A stretch of 64,000 bases of DNA from a virus. The stretch is taken from the IMG/VR virus record IMGVR_UViG_3300030329_005813, positions 64,001 through 128,000 of that record; one strand, 5' to 3'. The translations under genes were made by a program, and so were the position numbers. The notes beneath the pieces are model-generated. The model had not been told where the DNA came from and searched no databases. It saw only the letters and a program-made list of their open reading frames with translations. Position 1 is the first letter of the stretch, and each line of letters begins with the position of its first letter. Of this stretch, positions 1 through 9,424 are shown piece after piece.

Positions 1-77
1 ATCGCTTCGTTTACTTCTCTGGGCGTTTCTGATTTGTCTTCAGTGCCAGCGACAATATTTTCGTCCTCTTTTGCCAT
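1..77 (-). CDS. N-terminus of a gene running off the left edge (MAKEDENIVAGTEDKSETPREVNEA...), probably a tail/baseplate hub protein
   Basis: ATG at 77 with AAGG upstream; frame open to the window edge; follows the LysM/gp53-like gene. Confidence 0.5.
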   Translation of the reverse strand, partial: MAKEDENIVAGTEDKSETPREVNEA

Positions 78-88
78 TTAAATATACC

Positions 89-430
89 TTAATAATACCT
101 TAGATATTCCAAAACAGTTTGTAGAGGTTTTGGTATAATAATTGTGTCTCCAGTACTCAGCATATTTTCAATCGGTTTTTGATTATACCACGCTATAATC
201 CACCAATATTTTGCTTCACCATAGTGTTCCGAGGCTAGTTTCCAATAGCGATCTCCAGTTTTCCACGTATGTTTTGTACGAACTAAATTTGTGCGTTCTA
301 AGGCAGCTGGGTGTCTTAGTCTGGGAGTTTTATATTGATCTATGTGTTTCCGGTCTCTTTTTTCTAGAAACTCTTTATAGATCTTTGAAAAGTTTCTTAC
401 TACTCTTCTACCTGTATATCTGGATGGCAT
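89..430 (-). CDS. LysM-like tail/baseplate wedge protein (T4 gp53 / P2 gpX-like)
   Basis: HTWKTGDRYWKLASEHYG..YWWIIAWYN..GDTIIIP is the LysM-type pattern of myovirus gp53/tail X proteins; lies downstream of the tape measure gene. Confidence 0.75.
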   Translation of the reverse strand: MPSRYTGRRVVRNFSKIYKEFLEKRDRKHIDQYKTPRLRHPAALERTNLVRTKHTWKTGDRYWKLASEHYGEAKYWWIIAWYNQKPIENMLSTGDTIIIPKPLQTVLEYLRYY

Positions 431-440
431 ACTATACTTC

Positions 441-1259
441 CTATACGCTACCTAAAGTGCTAAATTTATCGGCATTATCATCTGCATCGGTGGTTGTGGT
501 GGCTGGTTCGGGAGCTTGATCATCATTAATTTTAGGTGTGGCATATGGCCAAGCATTGCCTGTGCCGTCTGACCATTGAAGTTCGTCTCCGTCTTCAACA
601 TCGGTCCAGCCCATCGTATGTTCGTGCAAAACATCAAAAGTAAAATTAATATTAATTGTTTTTGGGTACAAAGTGCCAGGAAGATCATAGAATCCGTCAT
701 CTAGGACTGGAGTGAAGCTAAACCCGTTCATCTTTCCTAGTAATCCGCCTCCTCCCGGGCCTCCGTTTCTTATTAGGTTTGCAAATCTAATTCTCAGCAA
801 AGGAGCACGAGCAATTGTTAAAGCGTTGTCACTTTCATTACCAGCGTAATAAGGATATAGTTTTCTTGCTAAGATGTTTATTTTGGTCAAGTTGCAGCGA
901 GCACAATCTAAATCAAATGCCGGTATTGAAAGCGCCACTGCAATTTGTCTGGTAGTGTTTTGAAAAGTATATATATCATCCATTCTGCCATAGACAGGTT
1001 CGCTATTCCAATTGGATGTAAAGCTGTCTGAATAATCCGTTAAGATGGCCTTAAATTTCCAGGTTAGACCGGATGGAAGGTGCTCAATATATAAATAATA
1101 GTCTTTAGCATTAGCATACGCTGTAGTCTGGTCCGTTGCTCCCTGGGTGGCTGAAGCTTTACGTGAGTTTGCAAACTGCGGAAAAAGATCTTCGTACTCT
1201 TCATCGACAGTACGCTCAACCGCTTCAGCGTTAAGAGCTTTTCCCGCTCCTACAGTCAT
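441..1259 (-). CDS. baseplate/tail-tube initiator protein (gp48/gp54-like)
   Basis: FKAILTDYSDSFTSNWNSEPVYGRMDDIYTFQNTTRQI and YPKTININFTFDVLH tube-like motifs; between tape measure and LysM genes. Confidence 0.6.
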   Translation of the reverse strand: MTVGAGKALNAEAVERTVDEEYEDLFPQFANSRKASATQGATDQTTAYANAKDYYLYIEHLPSGLTWKFKAILTDYSDSFTSNWNSEPVYGRMDDIYTFQNTTRQIAVALSIPAFDLDCARCNLTKINILARKLYPYYAGNESDNALTIARAPLLRIRFANLIRNGGPGGGGLLGKMNGFSFTPVLDDGFYDLPGTLYPKTININFTFDVLHEHTMGWTDVEDGDELQWSDGTGNAWPYATPKINDDQAPEPATTTTDADDNADKFSTLGSV

Positions 1260-1305
1260 TTAAACACCCTCCAAAATTAAATAGGTTAAAAAAATAAATA
1301 TATCT

Positions 1306-3204
1306 TTATATATCAAAGGCTTTAAGCTTATTGTCGATCCTTTCATCAACATACTGGCCCATCTCTCTTCCATCAAGCAGAAACTTAATATTGTTGACAA
1401 CTTTAACGTTTGATGCTTTAGTTTGACCAGTTGCTGTTGCTGTTGGTCCCAACGTGGCAGTACCTATTTGCGCGACAGACTCATATGCTGCTGCGGAATC
1501 AAACACTGTTTTTAACATAACGCTTTTGGCAACAGGTAACTCAGTTATAGCAGCTGCCAACTGGGAGACTCCAGAGCTGGCTTTTATAAATTGATCACCG
1601 GATAGTTCAGCCAAAGAACCAGTCAGGTCAGACATAGCATATACAAGAAGTGCTATAGCGCCAGTTGCAATCGCAACGCCTGCTCCAATTGCCAACATAA
1701 CAACTGCTAGTGGTCCTAAGGCTGGTGCGGCCGCACCCAATGCGGTAAGCCCCGCTGCAAGGCCCCCACCACCAGCAGCTGCTGCACCAAGGCCAAGACC
1801 AGAAAATACTTTTACAAGTAACATTCCTGCTGCACCAAGACCTAACATTACTCCAATTGTTTTCCGAATTGGTTCGGGCAGGTTATTAACAAGGTCTAAA
1901 ATAAACTTGAAACCTTGCACAACTGGTAGCATTGTTACCGCAAACGCCTTCATTGTTTGGTCTAGTTCTTCCATAACAGAATTAAATTCTCTATTTTGAT
2001 TCGCTAAATCTAAATACTGCTGTTGATTCATTTCGGCCGAGCCGGCTAGGTGATCAAAATTTCCGGCCATCACAAGAGCCAGTTCGCCGGCGTCTTTAAG
2101 GCCCATTGCCGAAGCAATTGCTTGACGCTCATAATACTCCATATCATCAAAGCTTTTTCCAGCATCCAATACTGCACCTTGAAGCATTCGCATACGCTCA
2201 ATAGGATCTGTTGTGGAAACCATCTCTATTGTATTTAAAAATGGTCCTCCCAGAAGGGCGTTTAGTTCACCAACAGATTTAGCTGCCGAATCAAACTGAT
2301 CAAACTGTTCAATAATAGATATAAGTTGACCAAGTTCTATATTGCTTTTGTGAGCCGAGACTGCTAAATCTAGAAATACGTCAACCGACTGATCACCAAA
2401 CTTCATCATTGTGCTGCGATGTTGTTCAAACTGCCCTAATATTTTTGAGGTTGGCAGGCCAGCATCCTGTAAAAAATTAAACATTCCGGCCTGGAGGTTG
2501 CTGGCTGCTTCGGCACTCATATTCATTCCAGCGGTCATTAAGCCCAAGTTTGCACTGAGGTCAAAAGCACCACCAGTAAATTTATCTAGAACCGCGTTTG
2601 TATTTGCTATAGATTCTTGCTGACTAGCACTTAAATCGGTAAATTGTCCAAAGTTATTGGCCAGATCAGTATAAGATTGGCCCACTTGTCCTACCGAAAC
2701 CCCGAGGCCTCGCAGAGCGCTTTCACTGTTGGCCATCTGATCGGCAAATTTACTAGCCATTCCAGTTGATTTATTAAAAGCTACCGTGGCCTCATCTAAA
2801 GCCGTAGTAAGACTCAAGCTTGTTTGAATCATACTTGTCGTTAGGGAGCCAAGTGTATTGACGGCAACACCAGCTGCTGCACTACTTTTTTCTATTTTTC
2901 CTATGGCATCCGAATAAAGAGCAGCACCAACGGAACCCGATTTCCATTTCGAGCTAATACCAGTAAGAGCATCTGAGACTGCTTCTAAAGTGTCTAATAG
3001 GTCTGTATTGGCTTCTGAAACTTTATTAAGGGCTTCCTCTTGTGCTTTAAGCTCTTGATTAAGTCTAAAGCTGGCTTTAGCAAAATCTTCAGCCGACATC
3101 TCAGTTTCATCATAAGTTTCTTTAAGAAGTCGTAGCTCTTTTTGAATTTCTGCTATTCTAGCAAGTCGTTGGATTTCTTGTTCTTTTTTTGGTCCGTTAG
3201 CCAT
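1306..3204 (-). CDS. tape measure protein
   Basis: 632 aa, helical and Ala/Leu/Ser-rich with Gly/Ala hydrophobic stretches near the C-terminus; downstream of tube and chaperone. Confidence 0.75.
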   Translation of the reverse strand: MANGPKKEQEIQRLARIAEIQKELRLLKETYDETEMSAEDFAKASFRLNQELKAQEEALNKVSEANTDLLDTLEAVSDALTGISSKWKSGSVGAALYSDAIGKIEKSSAAAGVAVNTLGSLTTSMIQTSLSLTTALDEATVAFNKSTGMASKFADQMANSESALRGLGVSVGQVGQSYTDLANNFGQFTDLSASQQESIANTNAVLDKFTGGAFDLSANLGLMTAGMNMSAEAASNLQAGMFNFLQDAGLPTSKILGQFEQHRSTMMKFGDQSVDVFLDLAVSAHKSNIELGQLISIIEQFDQFDSAAKSVGELNALLGGPFLNTIEMVSTTDPIERMRMLQGAVLDAGKSFDDMEYYERQAIASAMGLKDAGELALVMAGNFDHLAGSAEMNQQQYLDLANQNREFNSVMEELDQTMKAFAVTMLPVVQGFKFILDLVNNLPEPIRKTIGVMLGLGAAGMLLVKVFSGLGLGAAAAGGGGLAAGLTALGAAAPALGPLAVVMLAIGAGVAIATGAIALLVYAMSDLTGSLAELSGDQFIKASSGVSQLAAAITELPVAKSVMLKTVFDSAAAYESVAQIGTATLGPTATATGQTKASNVKVVNNIKFLLDGREMGQYVDERIDNKLKAFDI

Positions 3205-3214
3205 TTAAACTCTC

Positions 3215-3559
3215 CTATTTAAACGGCCATATGAGACCAGTAACTTTTTCAAAACTTTTAACTGCACTATCAAGTTTTGCTTTGTTTTTATAAGTTCTGG
3301 GATTGTCTAATCCATAATCTCTTGCTGTTTTAATATATTTGGCTTCGCTGCCCAAAGCATTTTGAAAAGATTTAATTTCTCTTGGTGTGCCACGAACTTT
3401 AAGATTCATAGAAATAAAATTTGTACCAAACATATTATCCAATACCAATTTAATTCTTGAACCAAAAGAAGACCAATAATCTTCATTAAGTTTATTTGAC
3501 CTCAGATCTTCGAAATCAATTACTACTTCTTCTAGCTTATCTTCATTAAGGTTTTGCAT
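3215..3559 (-). CDS. hypothetical protein
   Basis: 114-aa ORF with GGGG RBS and ACTATTTA motif upstream. Confidence 0.65.
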   Translation of the reverse strand: MQNLNEDKLEEVVIDFEDLRSNKLNEDYWSSFGSRIKLVLDNMFGTNFISMNLKVRGTPREIKSFQNALGSEAKYIKTARDYGLDNPRTYKNKAKLDSAVKSFEKVTGLIWPFK

Positions 3560-3583
3560 TGTAACAGTTCCCCTATCATATGA

Positions 3584-3591
3584 TAAATAGT
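3584..3591 (-). promoter_or_regulatory. ACTATTTA putative late promoter motif
   Basis: About 25 nt upstream of the 3559 start, just after a terminator. Confidence 0.55.
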
Positions 3592-3595
3592 TATC

Positions 3596-3631
3596 AAAAA
3601 GAAATAAGGCTGAAAGTCTTCACTTTCAGCC
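3596..3631 (-). terminator. rho-independent terminator
   Basis: GGCTGAAAGT-GAAG-ACTTTCAGCC perfect 10-bp stem followed by TTATTTCTTTTT on the minus strand. Confidence 0.8.
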
Positions 3632-3632
3632 C

Positions 3633-3869
3633 TTAGCTACCACGTTGTGGTCCGGCCGGTGGGCCGTCGCCAACTTCGTATGTTTGACTGCCCTTGGAGG
3701 CTTTTTCCATTTGTTCTTTTTCTCTTGTTAGTTGGTCGGCCAATCTTTGCAAAAACCATCTTCGGATTGTAACTGGAAGATTATAGGCTTCTGTAAAACT
3801 CCACCCACCGTGATATTTTAATAAAAAGAACTCTTCATAAACGTTTGCTATGTATTCATTGCTTAGGCC
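3633..3869 (-). CDS. unannotated 78-aa gp51-like / tail-chaperone C-terminal frame, probably expressed by ribosomal frameshift from the upstream gene
   Basis: Open frame GLSNEYIANVYEEFFLLKYHGGWSFTEAYNLPVTIRRWFLQRLADQLTREKEQMEK...GS*; no ATG/GTG/TTG before the conserved-looking core; begins right after a T7 run at 3870-3876. Confidence 0.75.
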   Translation of the reverse strand, partial: GLSNEYIANVYEEFFLLKYHGGWSFTEAYNLPVTIRRWFLQRLADQLTREKEQMEKASKGSQTYEVGDGPPAGPQRGS

Positions 3870-4704
3870 AAAAAAAGTCCGCTGTAAACGGAACGGTCAC
3901 CTCCTGCTCAAATCCACAAGAGCCGCAACTATATGTTTGCGTCATATCTACATTAGGAACAACTTTTTCATAAGCTGTCCTAAGGTATCTAGAATCTCTC
4001 GCTGGTAAGCCGTTAATGAATGTCTGGATGGACTTAGAGTCTGTATGACCGTTAACTGAAACAATTAACATTCTTAATTGATCTGTTAGGCTTGACTCTG
4101 GAAGACCTCTTTTCTTTTTATTGGCAAGATGCTTGGCCAAGTATATCTCATCTTTACTGGTTAGCAATCGCACTTCAACATCCACCTTGGTCTGTGGAAG
4201 TGTAATTAAAAACCGATCATCGGAATGCTTCTTGATGGCAAAGTCTTCCCACTCGTTGCCGGCATATACATTTAGCTTTGACAGATCATATGAAAAGTCT
4301 GAAGTTGTAGTGCAGGCTGGGCAGGTTGTTTTTGTCCTATATTCTTCGCCATATCCTGTAATGCGTGCAGCAACAAGGATTGCGTTTTTATCGCCGATAT
4401 ATAATGTATTTGTATCAATTGAACGATCAACAAATATATTTTGTAGAAAACGCTCAATCGCCAAACCTTTCTTTAAAAGTGTTTTGGACGAAAGAATGTC
4501 TTCATCTTTGGCAGTCATATACCGAATTTCAACTTGGCTTACGCCATGAAGTGGATGTCCTTCGGGATAATACTGACCACCAGTAGGCAATTCAACGAAC
4601 TCTGTTGGCGTTGAAAAAGAAAAAGTAGCCTCCGATGGGCCGGTGGTAGGAACTGGATCAGCGGCTGGACGTGCGCTGAGGCGATCCTGATTATTTCTAC
4701 TCAA
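3856..4704 (-). CDS. baseplate hub assembly / tail assembly chaperone (T4 gp26-like)
   Basis: VELPTGG.YYP, IRYMTAKDEDIL, GDKNAILVAARITGYG, two CxxC (CPAC, CGSC), C-terminal FFWP; between tube and tape measure. Confidence 0.75.
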   Translation of the reverse strand: MSRNNQDRLSARPAADPVPTTGPSEATFSFSTPTEFVELPTGGQYYPEGHPLHGVSQVEIRYMTAKDEDILSSKTLLKKGLAIERFLQNIFVDRSIDTNTLYIGDKNAILVAARITGYGEEYRTKTTCPACTTTSDFSYDLSKLNVYAGNEWEDFAIKKHSDDRFLITLPQTKVDVEVRLLTSKDEIYLAKHLANKKKRGLPESSLTDQLRMLIVSVNGHTDSKSIQTFINGLPARDSRYLRTAYEKVVPNVDMTQTYSCGSCGFEQEVTVPFTADFFWPKQ

Positions 4705-4742
4705 TGTTACCTCTAGTTTTTATAGAATTAAATTATCGCGGA

Positions 4743-5312
4743 TTATCCGGTTGGATTAAGCTTGAAGAAGTCGTTTGTCGGGCCGGCAATACCGCTAGCT
4801 GGGTTCGCCGTAACACAATCAGCCCAATCGTATCGGAAAGTTAATGTAATTTCAACCAAACCATCTTGGTCGTATGCTAGGTCCGAATAGCTTACATTAG
4901 TAATAAAAGCTCCGTTAAGAGTCCAAGATTCTATGACTGCTCCATCAGACTGAATCATCTGAATCACAACACCGCCCAAAGCACTAACAGCGCTAGCTTT
5001 TGAGATAGTGGTGGTCTCTGTAAAGTTTCCAGGCGGTTTATAGCCAGCCCCCTGAATAATTGAAAGAGTGTTGGCTAATGCATCCGGAGAAACCGGGTCG
5101 ACCATAGTAACATCCACTGTGTTCCAGGTGACACGTCCGGGATAGTAAAAAGTATGGTTTAAAAACGCATGCTCTGAATGGTTAATCTCAAAGCTAGGTT
5201 TTTGTGCGCTTTTTGCAAACCACTGGGCTCCATCTGGCAAGTTACCTATAGTGACTAGAAATCTATATTGTCTTTTCGGATCCTGTCCAGTTGAGTCAGT
5301 CCAGAATGGCAT
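4743..5312 (-). CDS. tail tube protein (T4 gp19-like)
   Basis: PKRQYRF, YYPGRVTWNTVDVT, ESWTLNGAFIT, LTFRYDWA; directly downstream of sheath. Confidence 0.85.
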   Translation of the reverse strand: MPFWTDSTGQDPKRQYRFLVTIGNLPDGAQWFAKSAQKPSFEINHSEHAFLNHTFYYPGRVTWNTVDVTMVDPVSPDALANTLSIIQGAGYKPPGNFTETTTISKASAVSALGGVVIQMIQSDGAVIESWTLNGAFITNVSYSDLAYDQDGLVEITLTFRYDWADCVTANPASGIAGPTNDFFKLNPTG

Positions 5313-5341
5313 TAGTTGTTACTCCTTACTCTTAGCTATAA

Positions 5342-5349
5342 TAAATAGT
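5342..5349 (-). promoter_or_regulatory. ACTATTTA putative late promoter motif (tube gene)
   Basis: Intergenic, about 30 nt upstream of the start. Confidence 0.55.
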
Positions 5350-5352
5350 GGT

Positions 5353-5372
5353 GGAGATAGAAAACTACCTCC
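5353..5372 (-). other. stem-loop between sheath and tube genes
   Basis: GGAGGTAG-TTTT-CTATCTCC (8 bp, one G-U); no U-tail; immediately followed by the ACTATTTA motif. Confidence 0.45.
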
Positions 5373-5378
5373 TTTTAA

Positions 5379-8300
5379 TTAGTCGTCAAAAGAAGCGCCG
5401 GTGCGAGTAATCACAAAGTCAATCGCGATGTATTCGATAGCGCGGGCTGGTTTCAAGAAGATCTTGGCGTACAAGATATTTCTATCAATTAAATCTGGGG
5501 TTGTCGTTGTCTCGTCGAGAACAATCTTATACTCCGTTATTCCAAGTCTAGTCTGCACACTGGCCAAGAACGGGTCCACCTTGTTAATGAATCGAGTCCA
5601 AGTGGCCTGCACATTTTGGTCGAACAGGATCGTTGCAGCCATATAGGAAACTTCTTTCTTCAAGAAGATCATAAGGCGCCGAACATTAATTCTGTCTAGA
5701 GCCGATGGCGTAATCTGAAGTGTCTTCTGTCCGAAGACTACGATGCCTTCGGCCGGGAACTCGGCGATGGGGTTAATATTTGCTGTGTAGAGTCTATCAC
5801 GGTCCTTTCTAATCACTCGCTCGGAGACGCGTGTGACCGGAAGTCCACCAGCGCCATCAGTCAAACCACCTCTTGTAAAGCCAGCAGGCGCAAACCAAAC
5901 TTCTGATTTGGCTTCGGAGCTAGCATATGTTCCAAGCGCGATGACAGAGGGCGGTACCCAAAGAGTCTTAGCAGTATTAGGATCACGAACCTGAACCCAA
6001 GGATAGTACGTTGCAGCGTAGCTAGAGTTTAAGTCTCTGGTTCTCAAAGAATTAATAGCGCTAGTTACAGTACCCAGGTTGGCCTGAAATGATTTTGTGT
6101 TTTCCGTGAAGGGCTCATAGACATCTTCGATATCGATGACGGCCATAGCATCAGCGCGGGCCTCGCACGTATCAATAAGGTGCTTGGTGAGGTTCTTGGC
6201 AGTCAGACCAGGGATAGTCATCAAGTTAGTCTCAACAAACTCAGGATCGGCACAAGTATCAATTGCTCGCTTAACACTATTAAATGCATAGTTGTTATAC
6301 TGAGTATCTGTGGAAACTATTCTAGTATTTCTAAAAGGCTCTGCTTCGAAGATGTCAAAGCCATCAAAACCACCATACAGAGGCGAGGTAAACCGGTCAT
6401 AACCTTCAGTTAAAATCTGCTTATAAGAAGAACTCATAGCCGTAAGCGAGTCGCCATCTCTTCTAGAACCAGACTGAAAGAACGCAGACGGCGCGATATC
6501 GCCATCAATAACAGTTCTCACGTCGTCCAATGAAAAGACCCAAGAATACGCACGGTCAGTTGGTGGGCCGGCTAAAGTATCAACCTGTCCATAACCAGCT
6601 GGAAGGCGACGAAGATAGTCAGGATAGCCAGGATCGTAGTTCGCGTCTGTGTGCGACTTGCCTGTCTGAAGGCCAAAGTAGGCCTCCTTGGGGTCGCCCA
6701 TAGTACCGTCAGAAGCTGAGATTCGGAATAAAGTTCTTGGAAACTCATAGGATGCCGTGTACTGTGAGCAGCCGGTGGCGCCTTGATCCGAATGGACAAA
6801 GCTCTGCGGTCCATGCCTATCGTTATGAGATGCAACAAAGTCCTTGTCAAAACAGACGAAAGAAGAGCCAAGCTGCACACCTGCATTAAAATCAGTATTA
6901 TAAATCTGGGTGGCAGTTGCAACGGTTTTGTCTTGATTTCCAACATTTGTTTTGATTTGAATTCCGGTAGGTCGAATGGGTCCAAAGACGCCGAACGGAA
7001 GAAGCTCAGAATCAGACATTTGGCCCTGGGCAACAGCAGGGTTCATTTCAATTCTTACATACCTGGACTGGTTGACAAACTCACCATACTCACGAAGGCG
7101 ATTTGTTGAATAATCAAAGGCCATATACATATCACCAACTTTTGCAGCAACATAGTCGGCTGAAGCCGGATTTAAACTACAGTTAGTAAATTGCTCTAAG
7201 ATATCAAGTTTGTTGTCGCGATCTGATGCTTTTCTAATTTGTACTGTAAATGAACCAAACGGGTTAGATAAACTGGTCGGAGCCTTAATGTCAGCAATAG
7301 AAATCTTAATATTATTTTGCAACCACTCTCCGCTGTCCAAGCCGTGAAACTTAAACAACTTAGTCATACGCTCGGCGGCGTAGTGTGTATTATCGGTTGA
7401 AAGATCCTGTGAGAAGAACCAACCGGTTTCAGGATTCTTGAATCCCTCGCGGTGATCTTCATACCCGACAACGATACTACCGGATGAATTTTCAAAAGAT
7501 CCACTTGACAGTGGCGCGATAAATCCATAAGATTCGCCAGAGGTACCGCAAACATTAAACAAGTGGCTTTCAAAAGTTTCACCAAGAAAGTAATTACCCC
7601 TGCCTTCCGTAACAGTCGTTGAATCAACAACACTAGTGTTGGTAAGGATTGGATCGGTGTTGAAAACCTTGCGAATGTAGTTTTCTGAGTTCCTATCAAA
7701 ATTAAATTTTGTGGTATAAAGCGGGCTATATGACGTATCTAAAATTTGAGCCTGGAAGGTGTAGCTGGAGTCTTCGGAGTTAATCATAACAGCAGCGCCC
7801 GTAACAGCAGACACATCGGACTGGGGTTGTGAAGAAGCTTGCTTACCTTTAAGAACAATTGCTCCGTCTCGTATATACCAAACAGCTGCCAGAGAGCCAG
7901 TACCTAGTGAGACATCAGGACCAATATTGCCTGATGGGACAATAAATAAACCATAAGCACCACCATTATCGCTAAGTGTTTCCGATGGATTCTTAGCAGT
8001 TCCGGCGGCTGTTTCTGTTCCGGTTGTTGTTGTCCAGCCAGCTTGACCAGCGGTCGTGGCTTGATCGTGCTCATCACCAAGAAGACGAAAAATGTTTGCA
8101 GGAGCCACGCCGGCATTCAACCAAGCAAAAGCAGCGTAAGCAGCATACGTTGGACCGGTCTTATTTCCTTCACGCCAAGTATCACCAGAAGAAGCACCAG
8201 GGATTGGATTACCAAATGTCTCAACAAATTCAGCCAAAGAGCTAACCTTGTAAGGTCTCATCGCCGGACCTTGTGCATATCGTCCGATAATCGTTGGTCC

Positions 8301-8399
8301 CATAGCATCGGGAAGTCTTGGTAACTGTGAGTTATCAACTTCGCGAAGGAAGATGCCCGGGGATACGAATCTAAACTTTCTAGCTAATGATGATGACAT
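5379..8399 (-). CDS. contractile tail sheath protein (T4 gp18-like)
   Basis: FVSPGIFLREVD N-terminus; YAATYYPWVQ, WFAPAGFTRGGL, INPIAEFP, FGQKTLQ, LDRINVRRL, KPARAIEYIAIDF C-terminal sheath motifs. Confidence 0.95.
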   Translation of the reverse strand: MSSSLARKFRFVSPGIFLREVDNSQLPRLPDAMGPTIIGRYAQGPAMRPYKVSSLAEFVETFGNPIPGASSGDTWREGNKTGPTYAAYAAFAWLNAGVAPANIFRLLGDEHDQATTAGQAGWTTTTGTETAAGTAKNPSETLSDNGGAYGLFIVPSGNIGPDVSLGTGSLAAVWYIRDGAIVLKGKQASSQPQSDVSAVTGAAVMINSEDSSYTFQAQILDTSYSPLYTTKFNFDRNSENYIRKVFNTDPILTNTSVVDSTTVTEGRGNYFLGETFESHLFNVCGTSGESYGFIAPLSSGSFENSSGSIVVGYEDHREGFKNPETGWFFSQDLSTDNTHYAAERMTKLFKFHGLDSGEWLQNNIKISIADIKAPTSLSNPFGSFTVQIRKASDRDNKLDILEQFTNCSLNPASADYVAAKVGDMYMAFDYSTNRLREYGEFVNQSRYVRIEMNPAVAQGQMSDSELLPFGVFGPIRPTGIQIKTNVGNQDKTVATATQIYNTDFNAGVQLGSSFVCFDKDFVASHNDRHGPQSFVHSDQGATGCSQYTASYEFPRTLFRISASDGTMGDPKEAYFGLQTGKSHTDANYDPGYPDYLRRLPAGYGQVDTLAGPPTDRAYSWVFSLDDVRTVIDGDIAPSAFFQSGSRRDGDSLTAMSSSYKQILTEGYDRFTSPLYGGFDGFDIFEAEPFRNTRIVSTDTQYNNYAFNSVKRAIDTCADPEFVETNLMTIPGLTAKNLTKHLIDTCEARADAMAVIDIEDVYEPFTENTKSFQANLGTVTSAINSLRTRDLNSSYAATYYPWVQVRDPNTAKTLWVPPSVIALGTYASSEAKSEVWFAPAGFTRGGLTDGAGGLPVTRVSERVIRKDRDRLYTANINPIAEFPAEGIVVFGQKTLQITPSALDRINVRRLMIFLKKEVSYMAATILFDQNVQATWTRFINKVDPFLASVQTRLGITEYKIVLDETTTTPDLIDRNILYAKIFLKPARAIEYIAIDFVITRTGASFDD

Positions 8400-8466
8400 T
8401 TATGGCTCTCCTGTTATCGTAGTCTAGCGATATAAAAATGATACTTATATTTGGCCTTTCTCAATA

Positions 8467-8474
8467 TAAATAGT
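8467..8474 (-). promoter_or_regulatory. ACTATTTA putative late promoter motif (sheath gene)
   Basis: Intergenic, upstream of sheath. Confidence 0.55.
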
Positions 8475-8497
8475 ATTTTAAAAGGCGAAAGACCAAA

Positions 8498-9424
8498 TTA
8501 GTCTTTATAAAAAGTCTTAACGCCTTTCTTGGAATTATGCTGTGGAACGTCACCCACAATTACACGTTCGCGGGGCATTCTAATCTGCACTGCATTCTCT
8601 CTAATGGCTATTTTTGGCCTCTCTTCATTAATGCCACCACCCAAGAGATATCCCAATATTTTAAACTGCATTTTTGCTTCATATGAACTCTCTTCTTCGC
8701 CAGTCACATCTAGAGACTGCTGAAACTCGTTTTGAATAAAACCCTCAAATCGATGACCTTCGTGATTAATAAAAAAGTTATTAATCTGTCCCGTAACTGT
8801 CATAAAGGGTGTTGTTATTTCATTTAACTGTTGTTGATAGTTTGTTCGAACAATAATATCATATGTAACCGATACATACACTGGCATTGGCATAGTAATA
8901 GTTTCATACACGACTTTACCAGGATTTGTAAATGGAAAGTTTTCTTGACCGTGACCAGTTGTAGCTGAACTGATTGTTCCAAACTTTCTTTTAGAATCTG
9001 CATTAACGAAGTTAGAAGTTTTTTCTTGATTGATTCTTCTTGCTACCGTTAAGGCTCCACCTCGTGGACCTCTTAGGCCATCATTCATATTTGGTATATG
9101 AGCGAAGGCCACGCCCTTAAATGCAGGATCTTTAACTATTTCTGTTCTGTTGACTATAAGTAGCGGAAGTTTAAGGACACCATTTGAATCTCTGAGGCTT
9201 TTATCGTTTTTAATTTGATAAGCTCTTTCGGCTGAGATCCAAATGACTGGGACTTTCTTAAACCCTTTGTTTGTTGTAGAGGATGGATTAATCACCTCAT
9301 CCACCCAATTAAAGAAAGCTTGGTCGATTGTTTCAATCGTGGATGGCATAAAAATAATTTCTTTTAACTTACCTGATGCGTCTTTGACCTCTGTATAATC
9401 TCTACTGTAGTTTTTACGTGGCAT
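8498..9424 (-). CDS. tail terminator / sheath stabiliser (gp15-like)
   Basis: KVPVIWISAER, KLPLLIVNRT, PMPVYVSVTYDI; position between neck genes and sheath. Confidence 0.6.
   Translation of the reverse strand: MPRKNYSRDYTEVKDASGKLKEIIFMPSTIETIDQAFFNWVDEVINPSSTTNKGFKKVPVIWISAERAYQIKNDKSLRDSNGVLKLPLLIVNRTEIVKDPAFKGVAFAHIPNMNDGLRGPRGGALTVARRINQEKTSNFVNADSKRKFGTISSATTGHGQENFPFTNPGKVVYETITMPMPVYVSVTYDIIVRTNYQQQLNEITTPFMTVTGQINNFFINHEGHRFEGFIQNEFQQSLDVTGEEESSYEAKMQFKILGYLLGGGINEERPKIAIRENAVQIRMPRERVIVGDVPQHNSKKGVKTFYKD

Noticed and set aside
3862-3876. -1 frameshift at the T7 run
   Set aside because: The -1 frame reads TTG GCC TAA and stops immediately; only +1/-2 reaches the long frame.
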